From: Raillietiella orientalis
Taxonomy: Eukaryota
Length of the DNA: 64,000 bases
Reading direction: 5' to 3'
Assembly (NCBI GenBank): GCA_036172245.1
Contig: JAYWIR010000003.1
Location: 3,224,001 to 3,288,000 of the forward strand
Shown here: in pieces, positions 41,201 through 54,064 of the stretch
Layout of the letters: each line of letters begins with the position of its first letter
Position numbering within the stretch: position 1 is the stretch's first letter
Notes under the pieces: generated by a model
Told to the model about the DNA's origin: nothing
Databases searched by the model: none
Seen by the model: only the letters and a program-made list of their open reading frames with translations
Program-made: the position numbers and the translations under genes

Positions 41201-42416
41201 CGAGGCCAATCTAGGGTCATGATTTTCAAAACATTCCTTCTTATTTTAAGTTGCAATTCTCGAATCGTGAGGTACTTCTCAGCCCGAGGCCTTCTGGCTT
41301 GTTCTCACCCACTGGGTGCTTCCTATTTTGAAAAAACCGTTTCTCATCAAATCGAACAAACGCAACATGCTTTCTGGCTGGTGAGTGGGCTGTGCACGTG
41401 CTGGGCAGTGGAAATCTGTGAAAATTCTTAAATGCTGCTGGTCAAATTGCTGCATAGGAGAGAAGTGGAGAGCTCTTTCTCGTCTATTCCGTGTGGCACG
41501 CGGTGCGCTGCAAATGGTACCAGTTGCGTACATCGTATTTTCTTAATGTTTCCCAGTACTTGAAGGGAAGGGCACGGAATGGACTATTTATTAGTGATTA
41601 CAGAACATTAACGACGGCATTTTTGTCACGACGACGATGCCGTAATAATTACTTAAGTAAATAATTTGATTGTCCTGCTGCCTGAAATTCAAAGGCATTT
41701 GTTCATTTCAGTGCGTCTTCCAGCTAATTTTGGACGTAAATGATGTAAAGCAAAGAAAAAGCATGCAAGTAATTCTTCACGTCATGAGTCATTTGTGACA
41801 TGACTAATGACATGAAGCACTGCAAAATCGTGCCCGCAGGGCCTCTTTCGTGGAAAAGAAAGTCTGCGAATCGGTCTTTTGCCAATGACGGGTGTGGACG
41901 AGGGCCACGTGCAGACCCAGTTTGCACCTTTCTTCGTTTTCAGTGTATCCGCTGCTCAACTTTTTGCCACATATCGAATCCACTGGCGTATTCTTCGTTC
42001 GTATTGCTAGGATTATACATGTTTGTTGCATGAGGACGGCATGTCAACATTCTACCGATGCAGTAGAAAGGTTCCATGAACCCAAAAATCGGGAGTACGT
42101 GGAATGTGCGAATGGTGAATGTCCAGACGTTGAATTTCATGGATGAGACCGTGTAGGATGTAAGAGTTTGTGTGTGTCGCGCCTTTGCTTTGCTGTGAAT
42201 TCAGAGTGATTCCTTACTCCTACCCGACGGGTTTGAAGCCGTGTAATTGCCTAAATAACTCGAGTGCTTGTGTTTGCACCGAATTGTCAGTATGCATTCC
42301 TAAGTGTTCATGGTGTTTGCAAAGATTCGCACGTGTTACGTGTCACAAACTACCCTACAGATGGGACATTGTGTTTGTTTTCTATCTACAGGTCGAATGA
42401 ACTACAGCTGAAGTTC

Positions 42417-43518
42417 ATGTCTGAAAATCAGATTTGCAATTTTGCAAGAAAACTTGCAGGAAATGAAAAAAAAAAAACGGGATAAGGCATTGAAGTATTT
42501 GCAGAAATGGATATCTTCTTGTAAACATCCATTTGTATCAGATGACATGATGAAACTGTGGAAAGGATTGTTTTATTGTTTGTGGATGGCAGACAAACCA
42601 TTAATTCAAGAAGAGGTCTCCGAAAAATTGAGCAAATTATTGTTTTCCTTTGATGGAGACAAAAACAAGTACCTTTTTGTGGAATGCTTTTACAGAACAC
42701 TGTCACGAGAGTGGCATCACATTGATAAATTTAGGATGGAAAAGTTCCTAATGCTAGTAAGAAGATTTTACCGTCAAGTTTTGTATTATGCTAAGTCAAA
42801 TGCGTGGGATCCCCAGATCATTCAAACAGTAACTAGCATCTTAAGGAAGACTGTGTTTTGTGATGATTGCCCTAATGGCTTGAAATGTCAAGTGATGGAT
42901 GTTTATTGTGAAGAACTAGCTAAACTTAGCGATTCTCAGCTTGGTCCAGAGAAAAATCTACTTTTCTTGGATTTATTTTGCCAACTTTTGGTGCAAGAAA
43001 GTGATGTTAGTGTGTTGACATTTATGGAAAACCGAGTGTTTGACCATCTGATGAGGCAGAGTGATCCTGGCATCAAGCATGATGTGAACTTTGCACGTAG
43101 AAGGAGAGGGGCATTTGGAAAACACTGTGAAGAGGCCGAGCCTGAAATGATAGAGATGGAAGATGACTTTGAGGAACAAGAACCTAGTGAGAAAGATCCT
43201 CGAGCTGGGAATGTAAATGTAGATTTGCCTCAGCTTCGGATAGACTATCTAGCTCTGGCTAATAAAATAGCTGAAGCATTGAAACAGCCAGGACTGAATC
43301 GCCAGTCAAAGAAAAGAGGAAATCGCTATGTGAAAGCATTCAAAAAATTGAATCAAGGACTGTATCCCTTGAAGATTGTGCTTCCAGACTCAGGATCTGA
43401 GCTGGATGAATCGGATGTTGAAAAGGCTACAGTGCGTTTGACACAATTAGAAGAAGAACTAATTGCAGATCAAGAACCATGTAGAAAGAAATGCAGGATA
43501 TTGGTAAAAAAGAAATGA
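42417..43518 (+). pseudogene. RRP1: RRP1 copy 2 with a +1 frameshift in a poly(A) run (or a homopolymer sequencing error)
   Basis: A12 at ~42466 versus A11 in copy 1; otherwise the same protein sequence. Confidence 0.65.
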
Positions 43519-43816
43519 GATTTGTGTGGTCTGCCAGTTAGTGCTCATGAGTCAATAAAATCTTCATGATTTTAATGAGTGTTTTTTCAAGAAATTGTAT
43601 TTTCATATCTGAAAAAATAACAACTTTCTGGCAAAACTAGTGCTCGCTTCAACTAGGAAGACTTGAATGCCTAAAGTTTGCTACATCATGTGCCTTCTAT
43701 GTAGGCATAGCATGTCAAGGACATTACATCTTCAACATATTGTTAGCTACTTTCTGGGATCTTCTGAATCGGTTTTCATGGCAGATGGCATACGTTTTAT
43801 TTCAGGTGCTAGCAAA

Positions 43817-45639
43817 ATGTCTCAGGATTCTGCAGTCCAATACAGAACTGTTGGAGACTATATCACAAAAATCATTCATCCAGCAGATCTAATAGATCAT
43901 GAATATGGTGAGGCCATTACTGAAGAAGTAACAACAGAGACTCCTAATTATCTGGAGGACCTCGGCAATATTCTCCTGCTATCATTTCTGTATGTGCTGC
44001 AAGGAGTGCCCATGGGACTGTCTGGCAGTGTGCCCATGATGCTTCAAGCCAAGGGTGCCAGTTATGTGGACCAGGGAAAATTCAGCTTGCATTCTTGGCC
44101 CTTTTGCATAAAATTGTTGTGGGCTCCTATTGTAGATTCAGTATATAGCAAGGTTATTGGCCGTCGCAAGAGTTGGTTGATCCCCTCCCAGTATCTGTTG
44201 GGAGTGTGCATGCTCATCTGTTCCTATCAAATTGATGGATGGTTAGGAAAAGATAATGGTACTTTGGATATCAACAGTCTATTATATGCTTTCTTCACAA
44301 TGTATTTCCTGGCTGCAACCCAGGACATTGCAGTGGATGGGTGGGCACTGACAATTCTCAAGCCGTAAGCATCTGGGCAACTGGTGCATTCTTATGTGTG
44401 CCAGGAAGAATGTGTGCTATGCCTCCACTTGCAGCAGCGTGGGTCAGTCCTTTGGTTATTTTTTGGGATACGTTCTCTTCTTGGCTCTGGAATCAAAAGA
44501 ATTTTGCAATTCATATTTGAGAATTTACCCCCAGCCAACTGGAATTGTGCAGTTGTCAGGTGAGGAAATGTTGCCTTTTCTGCTTGTTCACAGTGTCATT
44601 CTAGGATTTATCTACTTTTGGGGTCTTGTGTTTTTATTTACGACAACGGTAATCTTTTTTTTCAAAAAAGAGCAAACCGCCAAGGTCAGCAATTCCCCTG
44701 GACTTCTACACACATATCATATATTATGGAAAATCTTGCGATCACCCCCTGTGATGCAATTGACAATTTGTCTGCTCACCGCCAAGGTACAGCTGGTTAT
44801 TCCTCTTTCTTGTATTGCCAAGCAGATTGCTTTTTCAGCAGTGGATGGAGTGACTGGTCTTAAGCTTTTAGCAAAAGGTGTTCCAAAAGACAAAATGGCT
44901 CTCCTAGTTGTGCCTCTGATACCATTTCAGATTCTCTTTCCTCTGTGGATGAGTAAATTTATAACTGGTCCACGTCCATTGACAGTTTATATGAAGGCGT
45001 ATATTTACAGGTAGCTTCGTGTTTCTCATCTTCATTTACAGTGTTGCTTTCTCCAGAGTGATCATAGGATTAACTTTCCCTACCCTTGTTTGGTCGTATG
45101 AGTGGTGGGTGCGAGATACTAGTGTCACATGGTCCTTTTACTTTACTGTTTCCTTGCTGTACATACTTTATCAGGTAAACTGAATGTTCATGTTTCCGAT
45201 CACAGTGATTCCAGATTCCAAGTTATGCTATTTTCATGTCCCAAATAGCTTTTTTCAATAGAATCAGTGATCCAGTGGTAGGGGGTACCTATTTAACGCT
45301 ATTGAATACTCTAGCTAACATGGGATCAAATTGGCCTCTGACTAGTGTCCTGTGGCTAGTAGATCCGCTGACCTTCAAACACTGCACAGGTGTTGAATCG
45401 ACGTTTAGCTGTCATAGCAATACAACTGAGCAGGTAAAATGAAACCAAACAACCACCTTGCTTTATGGTCTTGGCAGACATGCCACGATTTGGGTGGAAC
45501 TTGCGTAACCACTTTGGATGGCTACTACATTTGTGTATTACTGACAACTTTCTTTGGACTTTTGTGGTGGCGTTATTTCCGCCATGTGTTCTCCAGGCTA
45601 GAGGTTCTTCCGCAGCGTCGTTGGAAATGTGTTCACTGA
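43817..45639 (+). CDS. SLC33A1: Acetyl-CoA transporter 1, copy 2
   Basis: Same exon structure as copy 1, frame intact, about 11 amino-acid differences. Confidence 0.9.
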
Positions 45640-46660
45640 TGTATGAACAGTTTCAATACAGGATGTCCTGCTAATACTCTGCAGTTGATATTGAAATCGT
45701 ATTTTCCCTGTGGCACATCAGCGAATAGAGTATAATAAATTCAAAAACGCCATGCGAACCGCAAGTTCATCTGCGTGTCTCACTCAAAATGTTCATGACA
45801 AACTGGCATGAAATATTGAAATTTTCCCTTCCAAACGCAAAAAAGGTTTTCCTATTTACACGGTCGTCTGTTCAGATGTTTCACTGTCTTTGCTGTATGC
45901 TTATAATGCCGCACCCGGAGTTCCAGTTCGTGCTAGTTTGTCCATAATTTTACGTCAACGTATTTCCTGCACTATTTTGAGACGGCCATATACTATTTAA
46001 TACAAAAGCATTGCAAGGAAAGTTATTGTAAAACTAATCATGTAATAAATTGACGCACTTTTCCAAGTTCACGTACGTGTGGATGTGTATGCGGAAATCA
46101 TTTCTGCTTTCACTCGGATGCAAAGGGGGCGATAAATTCAGAACTTTGCACCCAATGACTAACCACCGAGCTCTTAACCCTGTGTTTCTAACTTCCTAGC
46201 CAGCATCCCACTTATGTAAGCCGCATTCTGGTCAAGTCCCTCCTTTTTCCATGCTTTCTCTTGGTATTTCGGGTGGTTCCGATGCTTGTTACTATGTCTG
46301 GGAATGGTCCGTTTCGTACTGCACATATTTCTTCACATGGTTCACCGGATGCAACAAAGTTCTTTTTCCTTCTCTTTCGCTCTATTTCTCCACTTGATCA
46401 TCGATGGCGCAGATGCTTGAAAGCTCAACGCAACCATCCATTCCCGGAATGACATTTGCTCCTCGTTTCTTCCGAGCTTTGGAAATCAATTGCCTCCTCC
46501 AAACCAGACTCCTGGCTCGCTTTTAGCAATAGCTTCAGCCGAAACTCAGAATGGAGAATAGCCACTGGAACCACTCTTCTACCTCCGCCAAAGTCATTTC
46601 TTCAAAACGAAAACGAGACTTCCGATCCTTCTATATGATAGGTCACCATCATTGAGATGC

Positions 46661-48667
46661 TCGATTTCTCTAGAGGGTAAGCTACGACTCGAGTGCCTCA
46701 CCGACCGCCGATCCAAAGGAGAGGGAACAACGGGTAGTCTTGATCGATTAAAAGGTCAATTATGAGGAAGCGCTTGGCTGACGGCTCACGAAGTTCTTTG
46801 GCGCTGCCCCCGTCACTCAAGCAAGAGAGTGCTCTGGGAGGGGACCACTCTATGAATCCAGCAAGGTCTCCGAAGAAAGGAATGGGTTCCTCTTGCTCTC
46901 GGGTTGTCTCCAGAAGGGAATCCCGAAAGGAACGAACGTCTTCCTTATTCTCTCCGGAGGGCTCCCGCGGAGAGTACTGCTCCGCGGAGGAACCGAAATG
47001 GAACCGCTCCTCGCTTCCTTGTCTGAGAAGAACATCGAAGGGACGCGTCCGAATTTCTCTGTGATTAGCTCCCCGATGAAAACAAGGCCCCTGATGGCAT
47101 TTTGGGGAGCCAGCCCTCCGAGAGAGGTATCAACCCGCTCCATGGTACGCGACGGAGGGAGGGTGGGTCTTTACAAAAGGTGTGGACGGCTCCATTTGCG
47201 CAACCCGAGAGGAGTCTTGTAGGGATCGGTTACCTTGGATCCGGGAAGGACCCTGAAGGGCCAACTCCCAATCTCGGTCGGTCAAGAGCGCATCCGCTGG
47301 TTTTCGAGTTCCACCAGCGCTGCACCCGAATAAACAGCCAGAGTCATCTTGTGGGAGGAACTCGAAAGACCACTCATTTCTCTGTCGTTGGTGCTTCGTG
47401 TGGACACGGGCAGAGAGTTTGGCAGATTGTCGGCACGCTAGATGAACCTTCGGGTGCTCCTCCAGGAAGAACCGTAGGCCCTCTAAATCCGGATGGACAT
47501 CTCCGTGCTCACCTCGCTCCCTCCCACCTCTATCCAACAAGGGAAGAGGCTGTTTCTTTACGGGAGATCCGCCTTCAGTAGGCGAGGCCACCGTTGGATT
47601 TGTGGGAACTGCTCGCAGAGCTTCCCGGAGTGCGGCAGAATCGGAATTTCTTGCTGCATAGTGGCGCCCTTCTTCCAGGGAGAGAGCGGCCAGATGCAGC
47701 AGCCTTCTCGCGCCCCACCGACGCCATCCGCCGACGTTGTTGAGGCGTTTGTTTGTCTGTCGAAGGCTGCGGACGGCGTCGGTTTTCGCGAGACCTTGTG
47801 CCATACCTGTGCGGAGGCACGCCTGAGACGGAGACGGCGCTTCGAAGAGGCCGAGACCACACTTGCGGCGGCGGTTTCTACGGTGCGTCGAAGCAGCAGT
47901 CAGTTAGCCACGTGAACTGACATCGAAGGACATGGCGGAAATCGTTCTGCAGATCGGGACTCTCCAGGGGTGCCATGACAGGACTTTCTGCACTTCGTGG
48001 ACCTTCCACTCCGATATCGGTCCAAGGATCATGAATATTGCTTTTATTTACCTTTCCTTTGCATTGTACTACTAATCCTTCTTTCAAGTCTATTTTCCTT
48101 GACTATTTCGGTCTGTAAATGTTTCAGGAGGCAAATTCCCACCGTTCTTTCTTTTGATTCAGTCTTTTTTGGTTAGCAAAGATCAAAATCATATCCAGAT
48201 TCTTACAAACCGTTACTTTCTTGGTATAGAGCTGCACCCTAAGTGTATTCGTGACGAAGTGGAATTTGGTCACTACGAGGTGCACTCTCTTGAATGATGT
48301 TTTTCCCACGGTCGAACCTTGAATAAAAATTTATGAAAGTGATTTCCTGCTAATTTTCATTCCTTTTTCGATTGTTTTGATAATAATTGACATTTTCTCT
48401 GCATTGCTGCTTTTTTTCTGTTTGCTAAGGAAGCCCGTTCTTCACTGAAGGAATTTGTCGGTGGCAACTAAGTATTTAATTTGATGCTAAGTAAATTAAT
48501 GGAAATAGCGCTTGGCTGCCCTGGACTTCTTCTTGCAGACTGTTGTGTAGATACTGTAAAGAATGCAATACCTGAGCAAACTTGTATAATGGAGTCAAGT
48601 GGTGTATTCACAAGATAGTGAAATATGTGATTAGCTTGGACACTTACTTCAAGAAGCCTCCATTGTA
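46661..48667. repeat. Duplication block C, copy 2 (ends in a dead RBFA exon-1 stub)
   Basis: Matches 31765-33799; ATGTCA has become ATGTGA at ~48625. Confidence 0.93.
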
Positions 48668-50356
48668 CAACCGTGTGCTTGAAAAGCTCTGGGCGGAAGG
48701 ACCCACCTCGGACTTTCTTAAGTTCTCTCTTCACTTTGTGTCGGTTGCAAAGGCAACAAAACAACTTTGCGCTCCCGTCGGAGAAGCTTCACTGATGGCA
48801 TACGGGGACACCGGGATGCCGGAAGGGAACATCGTGGCCATTCCAACCCGACCTCATTGCCCATGAGCGCTTGTCGCATCGGCGCTCGCTTTCCGCCGCG
48901 AATGCAGAGCTGCACGACGAATGTATGCGGTGCGAAACTATTTAAGGCGGCAAATTTAAGAACGCTGACCATTGACCTCAAAATTCCGAAGCACAAGATG
49001 CAGCCAGCCAGCTGGCCGGTTTTCTGTTTTCTTTTAAATTGCATTCTTGTTGAGGTTAACCCATTGTAGGAAAACAAGACTTAGGACGTGTGAGTGGGCA
49101 CGTGTCACGTACGCGGGCAGAATGAGCTCCTGCACCGGTAGAGTTATTCGTAGTTGTGCAATCACCATCGTGATGCCAGAGCGAATGCCCGACATCGTGC
49201 GTTCCCAGCCTGCGGTACTCCTTGGTTTGGATGTGGTCGCATCACTGAGGCTGCAGGTCATGCAGCAGTGGCTGCTGGAAATGGTGCCTTATAAATGTTT
49301 GCGCCATCCTGGGTGTATCCAAGCAAATACACAAGCGTTTATTGTCTCCTTCCGATGTCCACTTTTACCATATCAAATATTTGTTGAACACTCATCTCAC
49401 CGTCTATGTAAACCACATCACAATATGTCTCTTTCACGAATTTCAAGTATTCTTCGTACATCGGCCACACGCACAGATCGAAATAGCCCTCCGCATCAGG
49501 AGTATCGTAAAGACGCTTCTCTCTCCTGCTCATGCACGTGCTCTTTTCAAGTTGAAGAAAATATTCCTTATCACACAAATTCCCTAGATATCTTGAAGCA
49601 AACACAAGGAATCCTTCTATGAGAATAGGGGTTCCTTGTTCGCGACGCACGTGCAAAGCACGATACACATCTTGCATCATCTTATCCATGTCGATGGCAG
49701 TTATCACATCATAATTTTTAAAGGTGTAACCCGAAACCAGCTGATGATGGTCGTCATCTTGAGGATAGTAGTAATCATCCTGGTTGATTACAATACAGTG
49801 CCCAAAATGTTCCTCCAAGCTGGTCGCAAGGGTTGTTTTCCCGCCACAAGTGACCCCTGATATGCCAACCACCGGAGCTAGCGTTTTTCTCAGATGTTCT
49901 GGTACTCCTGCTGGAACTTTCGAAAGTCTTCCTCCGTGAACATGGTTGTCTTTTTCTTTTTGCTTTTCTTTTGAAGCGGGAGGCGATTTGAATATTTCAG
50001 AATCTGGAAGGATCACAGGAAACGCTAAGCCACACTTACATTTCTTGTGGTGGTGGCAGAGATGTGGGTTGTGCTCAGTTGCAAGATAATCTTGGAAATT
50101 ATGTGCAGTGTTTATCGTTTCGTGATTTCTAGTTTCGTTGCTTTCTTCCTTGTTCGTTCTCTGATCTTGTGGAGCTTGCAGAGCTGGAAGATCCTCAGAG
50201 AAGAACTCTGAACCATTTTGCACCAATGACGCCGCCATTCTGATGAAAGAACCTATTTTGCATGAAAGCACATCATAGATTTCATGTGAAGGTGGTTTCA
50301 GAGAGATCTCTCCCACCAAACAAAGAATTTATTCTTCGTCGAGGATCTGTAAACAG
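48667..50356. repeat. Duplication block E, copy 1 (NRK/AROS locus)
   Basis: Matches 53394-55082; its first ~225 nt also match 37218-37443. Confidence 0.93.
49339..50238 (-). CDS. NMRK1: Nicotinamide riboside kinase with an AROS-derived N-terminal extension (299 aa unspliced, 287 aa if the 36-nt intron is removed)
   Basis: VVGISGVTCGGKTTLA P-loop, INQDDYY, NYDVITAIDM, ILIEGFLVF, GYFD.CVWPMY; AUG at 50238 in frame, preceded by acceptor-like tttcatcag. Confidence 0.85.
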   Translation of the reverse strand: MAASLVQNGSEFFSEDLPALQAPQDQRTNKEESNETRNHETINTAHNFQDYLATEHNPHLCHHHKKCKCGLAFPVILPDSEIFKSPPASKEKQKEKDNHVHGGRLSKVPAGVPEHLRKTLAPVVGISGVTCGGKTTLATSLEEHFGHCIVINQDDYYYPQDDDHHQLVSGYTFKNYDVITAIDMDKMMQDVYRALHVRREQGTPILIEGFLVFASRYLGNLCDKEYFLQLEKSTCMSRREKRLYDTPDAEGYFDLCVWPMYEEYLKFVKETYCDVVYIDGEMSVQQIFDMVKVDIGRRQ

Positions 50357-51222
50357 GAATAACGTACAACGAGGTAAGGTTAGCCTGTTAAAATAGAAAT
50401 GACATTTTCACCAAGTCAGTAATTTGTTTGCTTTGCTGCTACAACGATGAAAAAATTGAAACTTTGTAATTCAGATTGAAAACCGACTCAGTATTTCAAT
50501 TGAACCAGCACTCCGTGTATTTCTTCATTCTCTTATTCTTTCTGCGGAGTCTTGATATTTTGGATGCCTTTGTTCAGGGTGCATGCCATTCAAATGCAAA
50601 CCTTCAGTTTGAGTTTCTCAAATAGAAGCCTACAGTGTTCTGATTCGAAGTTAATTTGTGTTTGTGGTTGCAAAGTTGTTAGTGAATTTAACGTTGATTC
50701 AGTTCATTGCTAATCGTATGTTAAACGTATGTAATGTTGGGGTGCACCGTTTGAAGATAGGAAATCCTTCAAAGAAAGAAAGACGTGTTGCAAGTGTTTT
50801 GAATGGTGCTGTGTGCAAAAGGATAATTCTCAAGGTATTCGTGCCATGCTGAAGTGAATGAAAGAAGTTCCAAATTTTTGATCCAGCATGGGAGGATGCA
50901 ATTACTTTGTATTCCTTCAGATTGGTGTGCAACAGGAAGGTTGTGTCTAGAGGTTGTTAAGAGTTTTGTTATCTAAATCGCTCTATAATGTTGTAGATGC
51001 AAAATAAGCTCCTCACTGTGGAGAATCCAAAAATTCCTGAAAGAATTGACATTATTAGTGATCATTAGTTCTTATTCTGCCACCTATAATCATCTTTCAA
51101 TTACTCCACTCAGAAAGTGAGAAAATGTCTATCATGATTGTGTTCATGTATGTGTCTGGTGCTGCACAAAATCTCACACCATTAGACTGATTAAATCTTT
51201 ATGTGCTTGTTCTTACTTTTAG

Positions 51223-52004
51223 GTACAGGTGTCAAAGTCACTAAGGGGCTTGGTTGTCTATTGGACATGTTCCCACAGTGAGAAGGATGTTGTCATAGAA
51301 AATTTATTAAATGAGAGCATTGATACAGTGCGGCAAGAACTGGCAACTCATATCCAGCTACACTCTGTACCATACATTAGCTTCAGCAAAGACAGATTAT
51401 ACGAGAGGGAGATGCAAGTCGAAAACTTGTTAGCTACGGCAGATTATGGGGAAAACTATCAACCACTACTTTCAACAAGGAGAGCTCACGGTGCTTTGGA
51501 AGTAGATAAGGTTGGAAAAGAAATGTGGCATGAATGTCAGATCACATGTTCGTGCAGGATGAAGTTCAGTCATTGAATCATCCACTGTTGACTGTTCCTG
51601 AAAATACACTTGGGCTTCCTCACAGCAAAATTTGGGCAAAGGTATGGGTTCCCCTTCGTGTCCATCTTTTATAACTTACGAAGTTTCAGATTGTAAAGAA
51701 AAAAAGAGAAGAGAGACTATGTCCAAAAGAATCAAAGTCTCTACAGGAATTGCAGGCCTTTTATGATTGTTCAAGTGAACAGCTCATATTGAAGAGGAAG
51801 GACTTTGTCAAGGCACTGAAACAGAGACGAGCACATATACAGAATCTCAACCAGGATATGAAGCAATCAGAAATGGAAGTTTCTGAAATCTCACCCCTGG
51901 AAGCAGAGGATGAGAGCTGCAGTTACTGCGACGACGACGACGACCAGGATGAGGATTACAACGAATTAGATTGGCGTGCAGACGCAGGCAGTGCAGAGGA
52001 TTAG
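51223..52004 (+). pseudogene. RBFA: RBFA partial duplicate (exons 3-5 only)
   Basis: Same sequence as 35045-35826 but lacks exons 1-2 upstream. Confidence 0.75.
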
Positions 52005-54064
52005 TTGCTCGACTCCCAGCGCAGGAAGCTTAGCAGCAGCACCCACGGATTTGAAGCGATGTGCACAAAAAGGGTTGCAGCCCGATGTCCATGTGAGTTT
52101 CTGGAACTGCCGATCATCATCTCGGGTGTGCCTCAGCGGGGAAGCAGAACTGGGAGTTACTATTGATAATAAAACGAGATGGATGTGTCCGACAAGCTAC
52201 GAAGACTGGAAAGCGAAAAACATTAGACACGGTGTGGGTTCGGCATTTGAGACTGCCGATCGGTTTTCGTGATTAAGCTCAGCAAGCAAAGGAGCGTGGT
52301 TCTTGAAAGCTGTTGGGTGAATTAAACGATGGTGCTGCCGTGTGGAGGATGGACGGCAAAGCGATCCGTTTGGCAGCAGTGGTTTTTCGATTTCCGCGTT
52401 CCTTCGCGTACTGAATGCCCCCTTTTTACGACTAACGCGACCCATCGGTTGCCGTTTGTACGATTTCGATTCGGGAAAGGGAAATTGTCCCAACGCAAGC
52501 ACGTGATCAGCACTTACTGGTTTCAGGCGTTTCTCCACCGGTGCTTGGAGCGTGCAAGGTGCCACGGTCAGCGGTCATCCTCGGTCATACGTTGATCGTG
52601 TGGATGGTTAGCCACGTGCATGGCTGCGCATGTCACCACGTGCGACGGTACTTGAGGTGCACGTGCTGCCCTTTTTTTTTTCCACCGCCGGTACTCTTCA
52701 GTACTGTACGAGGTACAGTACTGAGTACAGGCGTGGGCTGCCCAAGCAAATGGAAGCTGCTCGTGTTCGACCTGATGCGACGGAACAGCACGCTGCCACT
52801 TCTCCAGTTGAGTGGGTCGGAACGAAAAACAGTTGCATTAAGCAAATCGCGTAAGGAAGTCGTCCGTCGCTTGAAAGGGACGAGCACGGAAAAGGCTTTG
52901 CCCGGGAGGGGGGGGGAGAGAGAGAGAGACGGAGAAGCTCAATCAGTGGGATGTATTGAGTGCCCAGGGAAAAGGTGCTCGTTTGAACATTGCACACGTG
53001 GTCATTCGGCCAGTCTTCCTGGCTTGCATCGAGGCACACAAGTCGACGAAATCCACAGTAAATTTCCGGTGTTGCCGAAGACCCCGTCGCTCAGGAGAGT
53101 TGCCTCGCAGGGGTGTGTTGAGAATAACCGAGAAACGAATGGGGGGAACGACAATTCCCCATCCCTGCATTTGCGATGCTTTCCGATCAGCATGACGCTC
53201 GCCTTGGGCTCCAGGTCAGCAGCGAGAAGGCAGTCTTCGGGAGTTTCGGTGATCACGCGTTTGCGTTCGCGAGTCCATTCGAACACGTGGAAGCACGCGA
53301 TAACTCCTCGATTTCGCAAGAAACGCGCACAGAGGACGTGCGGACAGATGGGATGCTGATGAGGATCACAAGAGCGACGAGCACAAGCTCGAAACAACCG
53401 TGTGCATGAAACGCTCGGGGCGGAAGGACCCACCTCGGACTTTCTCAAGTGCTCTCTTCACTTTGTGTCGGTTGCAAAGGCAACACAACAACTTTGCGCT
53501 CCCGTCGGAGAAGCTTCACTGATGGCCTACGGGGACACCGGGATGCCGGAAGGGAACATCGTGGCCATCCCAACCCGACCTCATTGCCCATGAGCGCTTG
53601 TCGCATCGGCGCTCGCTTTCCGCCGCGAATGCAGAGCTGCACGACGAATGTATGCGGTGCGAAACTATTTAAGGCGGCAAATTTAAGAACGCTGACCATT
53701 GACCTCAAAATTCCGAAGCACAAGATGCAGCCAGCCAGCTGGCCGGCTCTGCTTTTCCTTTTAAATTGCATTCTTGTTGAGGTTAACCCATTGTGAAAAA
53801 GGAGACTTAGGACGTGTGAGCGGGCACGTGTCACGTACGCGTGCAGAATGAGCTCCTGCACCGGTAGAGTTATTCGTAGTTGTGCAATCACCATCGTGAT
53901 GCCAGAGCGAATGCCCGACATCGTGCGTTCCCAGCCTGCGGTACTCCTTGGTTTGGATGTGGTCGCATCACTGAGGCTGCAGGTCATGCAGCAGTGGCTG
54001 CTGGAAATGGTGCCTTATAAATGTTTGCGCCATCCTGGGTGTATCCAAGCAAATACACAAGCGT

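Larger units (their letters stand above)
38213..46662. repeat. Segmental duplication block B, copy 2
   Basis: Matches 18117-26605. Confidence 0.97.
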
